DNA from: Candidatus Stammera capleta
Lineage (GTDB): Bacteria; Pseudomonadota; Gammaproteobacteria; Enterobacterales; Enterobacteriaceae
Assembly (NCBI GenBank): GCA_036689305.1
Contig: CP144787.1
Location: forward strand, 7,667-71,666
DNA length: 64,000 bases
Direction of reading: 5' to 3'
The notes beneath the pieces are model-generated. The model saw only the letters and a program-made list of their open reading frames with translations, was not told where the DNA came from and searched no databases. Positions 62,187 through 64,000 of the stretch are shown one piece after another (position 1 is the stretch's first letter; each line of letters begins with the position of its first letter). Both the position numbers and the translations under genes were made by a program.

Positions 62187-64000
62187 TTAATTTAATTTAT
62201 TTTGTATTATTAAATAATCTGTTATTTTACGCATTAAATCTCCTATTTTATATTTTTCCCCTCCATTCTCTAAAACTATAGTTATAGCAAATATTGGGTT
62301 TTTATATGGCAAATATGCATTCATTAATGTATGATCTTTAAGTTTGCTATTAATTTTAGTAATTTTATTATAATTTCTATTTTTATTTAAAGAAAAAATT
62401 TGAGCTGTGCCAGATTTTACAGCTAGTTTATATTTAATTCCTAAGAAATTTTTATATGCTGTTCCATTTTTTTTGCATGCTACCCCATACATTCCCTTTT
62501 TTATAATATTCCAATATTTTATATTAATTTTATTTAATTTATTGATTATTTTTCTTTTAATTAAAATACTATTATGATCAATTTTTTTTAATATATGAGG
62601 TCTAACATATATACCATTATTTACAAAAATTAATAAAGCTTTATGCATTTGTATAGGTGTAGCCGACCAATAACCTTGTCCTATACCAACCGATATAGTA
62701 TCACCGGTATACCACATTTTATTATATTTGTTTTTTTTCCATATTTTATTAGGTAATATCCCTGTTATTTCACCTGGAAGATCTATGTTAGTTTTTTCTC
62801 CATATCCAAAATATTTCATCCAATAATATATTTTATCAATACCCATATTATATGCAATTTTGTAATAAAAAGTGTCAGAAGATTCTTCTATGGAATTTAT
62901 TATATTTAAATATCCATGTCCCCATTTCTTCCAATCGTAGAATTTATTATTTGTATTAGGTATTTTCCACCATCCTTTATCAAAAATTGTAGAGTTTTTT
63001 TTTATTATTTTATCATTTAATGCTCCTATACTTATATAGGGTTTTATGGTAGATGCCGGAGGGTATATTCCTTGTATAACTTTATTTATAAAAAAGTTAT
63101 TTTTATTGTTAATTATTTTTTTAAATTTTAGTTTAGATATTTTTTTGTTAAATATATTATTATTGTATGTTGGGTTTGTTATTAGTGATAATATTTCTCC
63201 GTTTTTTATATTTGATACTATAATAGAGATTTTTTCTTTATTTATTAAATTATAAATATATTTTTGTAGTTTTATATCTATAGTTAAAAAAATATTTTTT
63301 CCATTAATAGGTTTATAGAATTTATATATATCTATTATTTTATTTTTGCTATTTACTATTATTTTATAAAATCCTTCTTTACCATGTAATATATTTTCAT
63401 AATATTCTTCTATTCCACTTTTTCCTATATAATTTCCTTTATTTATAAATTTAATTTTGTTTTTTTCTCCTACTTTTTCTGTATTTATTGTGTATCCTAA
63501 TATTGAAGATATAATTTTTTTATATGGATAATATCTTAATGTATTTTTTTTTATGAATATTTCCGGCAGAATATTTTTGTTAATTAAATATTTATTTATA
63601 TCTTTTTTATTTGCATTTTTAATAAAACAAAAAATTTTTTTCTTTTTGGTTTTATTTTTAATTTTATTTAATTTTATTTTAGAAATAAAAAAAATTTTTT
63701 TAATTTTTTTAATAGTATTATTAATATTTTGAATATTTAATGTATTGATGTATAAATCATATTTTTTAATGTTATAACTTACTAAGTTTTTATTTCTATC
63801 ATATATATATCCCCTTAAAGGTGTTATAGTAACGAATTTAGTAAAATTTTTTCTTGCTAGGAAACTATATTTATTAAAATTTTTTATTTGTAGATAATAT
63901 GTATTAATCATAATAATAATTATCATTATTATTATAAATATTATAAAGTTGATTATTCTACTTTTAAAAATTTTTTTTTTTTTGTTAAAATTTGTTATTT
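62187..64000 (-). CDS. mrdA: Peptidoglycan D,D-transpeptidase PBP2, 5' end beyond window
   Basis: Motifs RG.IYDRN, PASTIKP (SxxK), SSD and KSGTAQ. The frame stays open from the track's internal ATG (63926) to nt 64000. The upstream codons read ...KKKKIFKSRIINFIIFIIIMIIIIMINTYYLQ, which is the expected N-terminal TM anchor, so the true start lies past the window end. Confidence 0.92.
   Translation of the reverse strand, partial: ITNFNKKKKIFKSRIINFIIFIIIMIIIIMINTYYLQIKNFNKYSFLARKNFTKFVTITPLRGYIYDRNKNLVSYNIKKYDLYINTLNIQNINNTIKKIKKIFFISKIKLNKIKNKTKKKKIFCFIKNANKKDINKYLINKNILPEIFIKKNTLRYYPYKKIISSILGYTINTEKVGEKNKIKFINKGNYIGKSGIEEYYENILHGKEGFYKIIVNSKNKIIDIYKFYKPINGKNIFLTIDIKLQKYIYNLINKEKISIIVSNIKNGEILSLITNPTYNNNIFNKKISKLKFKKIINNKNNFFINKVIQGIYPPASTIKPYISIGALNDKIIKKNSTIFDKGWWKIPNTNNKFYDWKKWGHGYLNIINSIEESSDTFYYKIAYNMGIDKIYYWMKYFGYGEKTNIDLPGEITGILPNKIWKKNKYNKMWYTGDTISVGIGQGYWSATPIQMHKALLIFVNNGIYVRPHILKKIDHNSILIKRKIINKLNKINIKYWNIIKKGMYGVACKKNGTAYKNFLGIKYKLAVKSGTAQIFSLNKNRNYNKITKINSKLKDHTLMNAYLPYKNPIFAITIVLENGGEKYKIGDLMRKITDYLIIQNKLN

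Noticed and set aside
59014-63255. ORF 59014-59259 (+) inside lipA and ORF 63046-63255 (+) inside mrdA.
   Set aside because: They are antisense artefacts, for the same reasons as the entries above.

Overview
This 64-kb window is a densely packed stretch of core housekeeping genes from an extremely AT-rich, strongly reduced gammaproteobacterial genome of the obligate insect-endosymbiont type. It appears Enterobacterales-derived: gene order and conserved protein blocks track E. coli closely, with many deletions. A complete rrs-tRNAGlu-rrl-rrf-tRNAAsp operon argues against Buchnera. A Wigglesworthia- or Blochmannia-like organism is only a tentative guess that needs a database search. I call 72 protein genes, one complete rRNA operon, 8 tRNAs, tmRNA, and a candidate rrn promoter with two boxA elements. 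The protein genes fall into these groups: (1) pnp, deaD, smpB, grpE, gpmA; (2) truB-rbfA-infB-nusA; (3) secG, ftsH, rlmE, greA; (4) rpmA-rplU; (5) mreBC, tldD; (6) rplM-rpsI-mutS-rpsF-rpsR-rplI; (7) orn, amiB-mutL-miaA-hflX, rlmB, fmt-def; (8) the contiguous str-S10-spc-alpha ribosomal super-operon from rpsL to rplQ, including an rpmJ that the ORF track missed; (9) tadA, glyQS, mnmA; (10) lipA-lipB-dacA-rodA-mrdA. There are no mobile elements, CRISPR arrays, defence-like genes, toxin-antitoxin pairs or orphan multi-gene cassettes. Every ORF-track entry longer than about 100 aa is either a recognisable housekeeping gene or an antisense or alternative-frame artefact. I therefore see no evidence for a novel biological system here, and the findings are genome-reduction phenomena of low to moderate interest. 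They cover: strand-skew recoding of proteins; very long in-frame poly(A) tracts in essential genes; domain-truncated IF2 and TruB; syntenic absence of mreD, priB, hfq, rpmD, rimP and metY; tRNA and tmRNA genes with no encoded CCA; conserved rrn boxA and processing stems; one anomalous 904-bp ORF-free, nearly G/C-free spacer between tadA and glyQ; and a weak 46-codon hydrophobic ORF.
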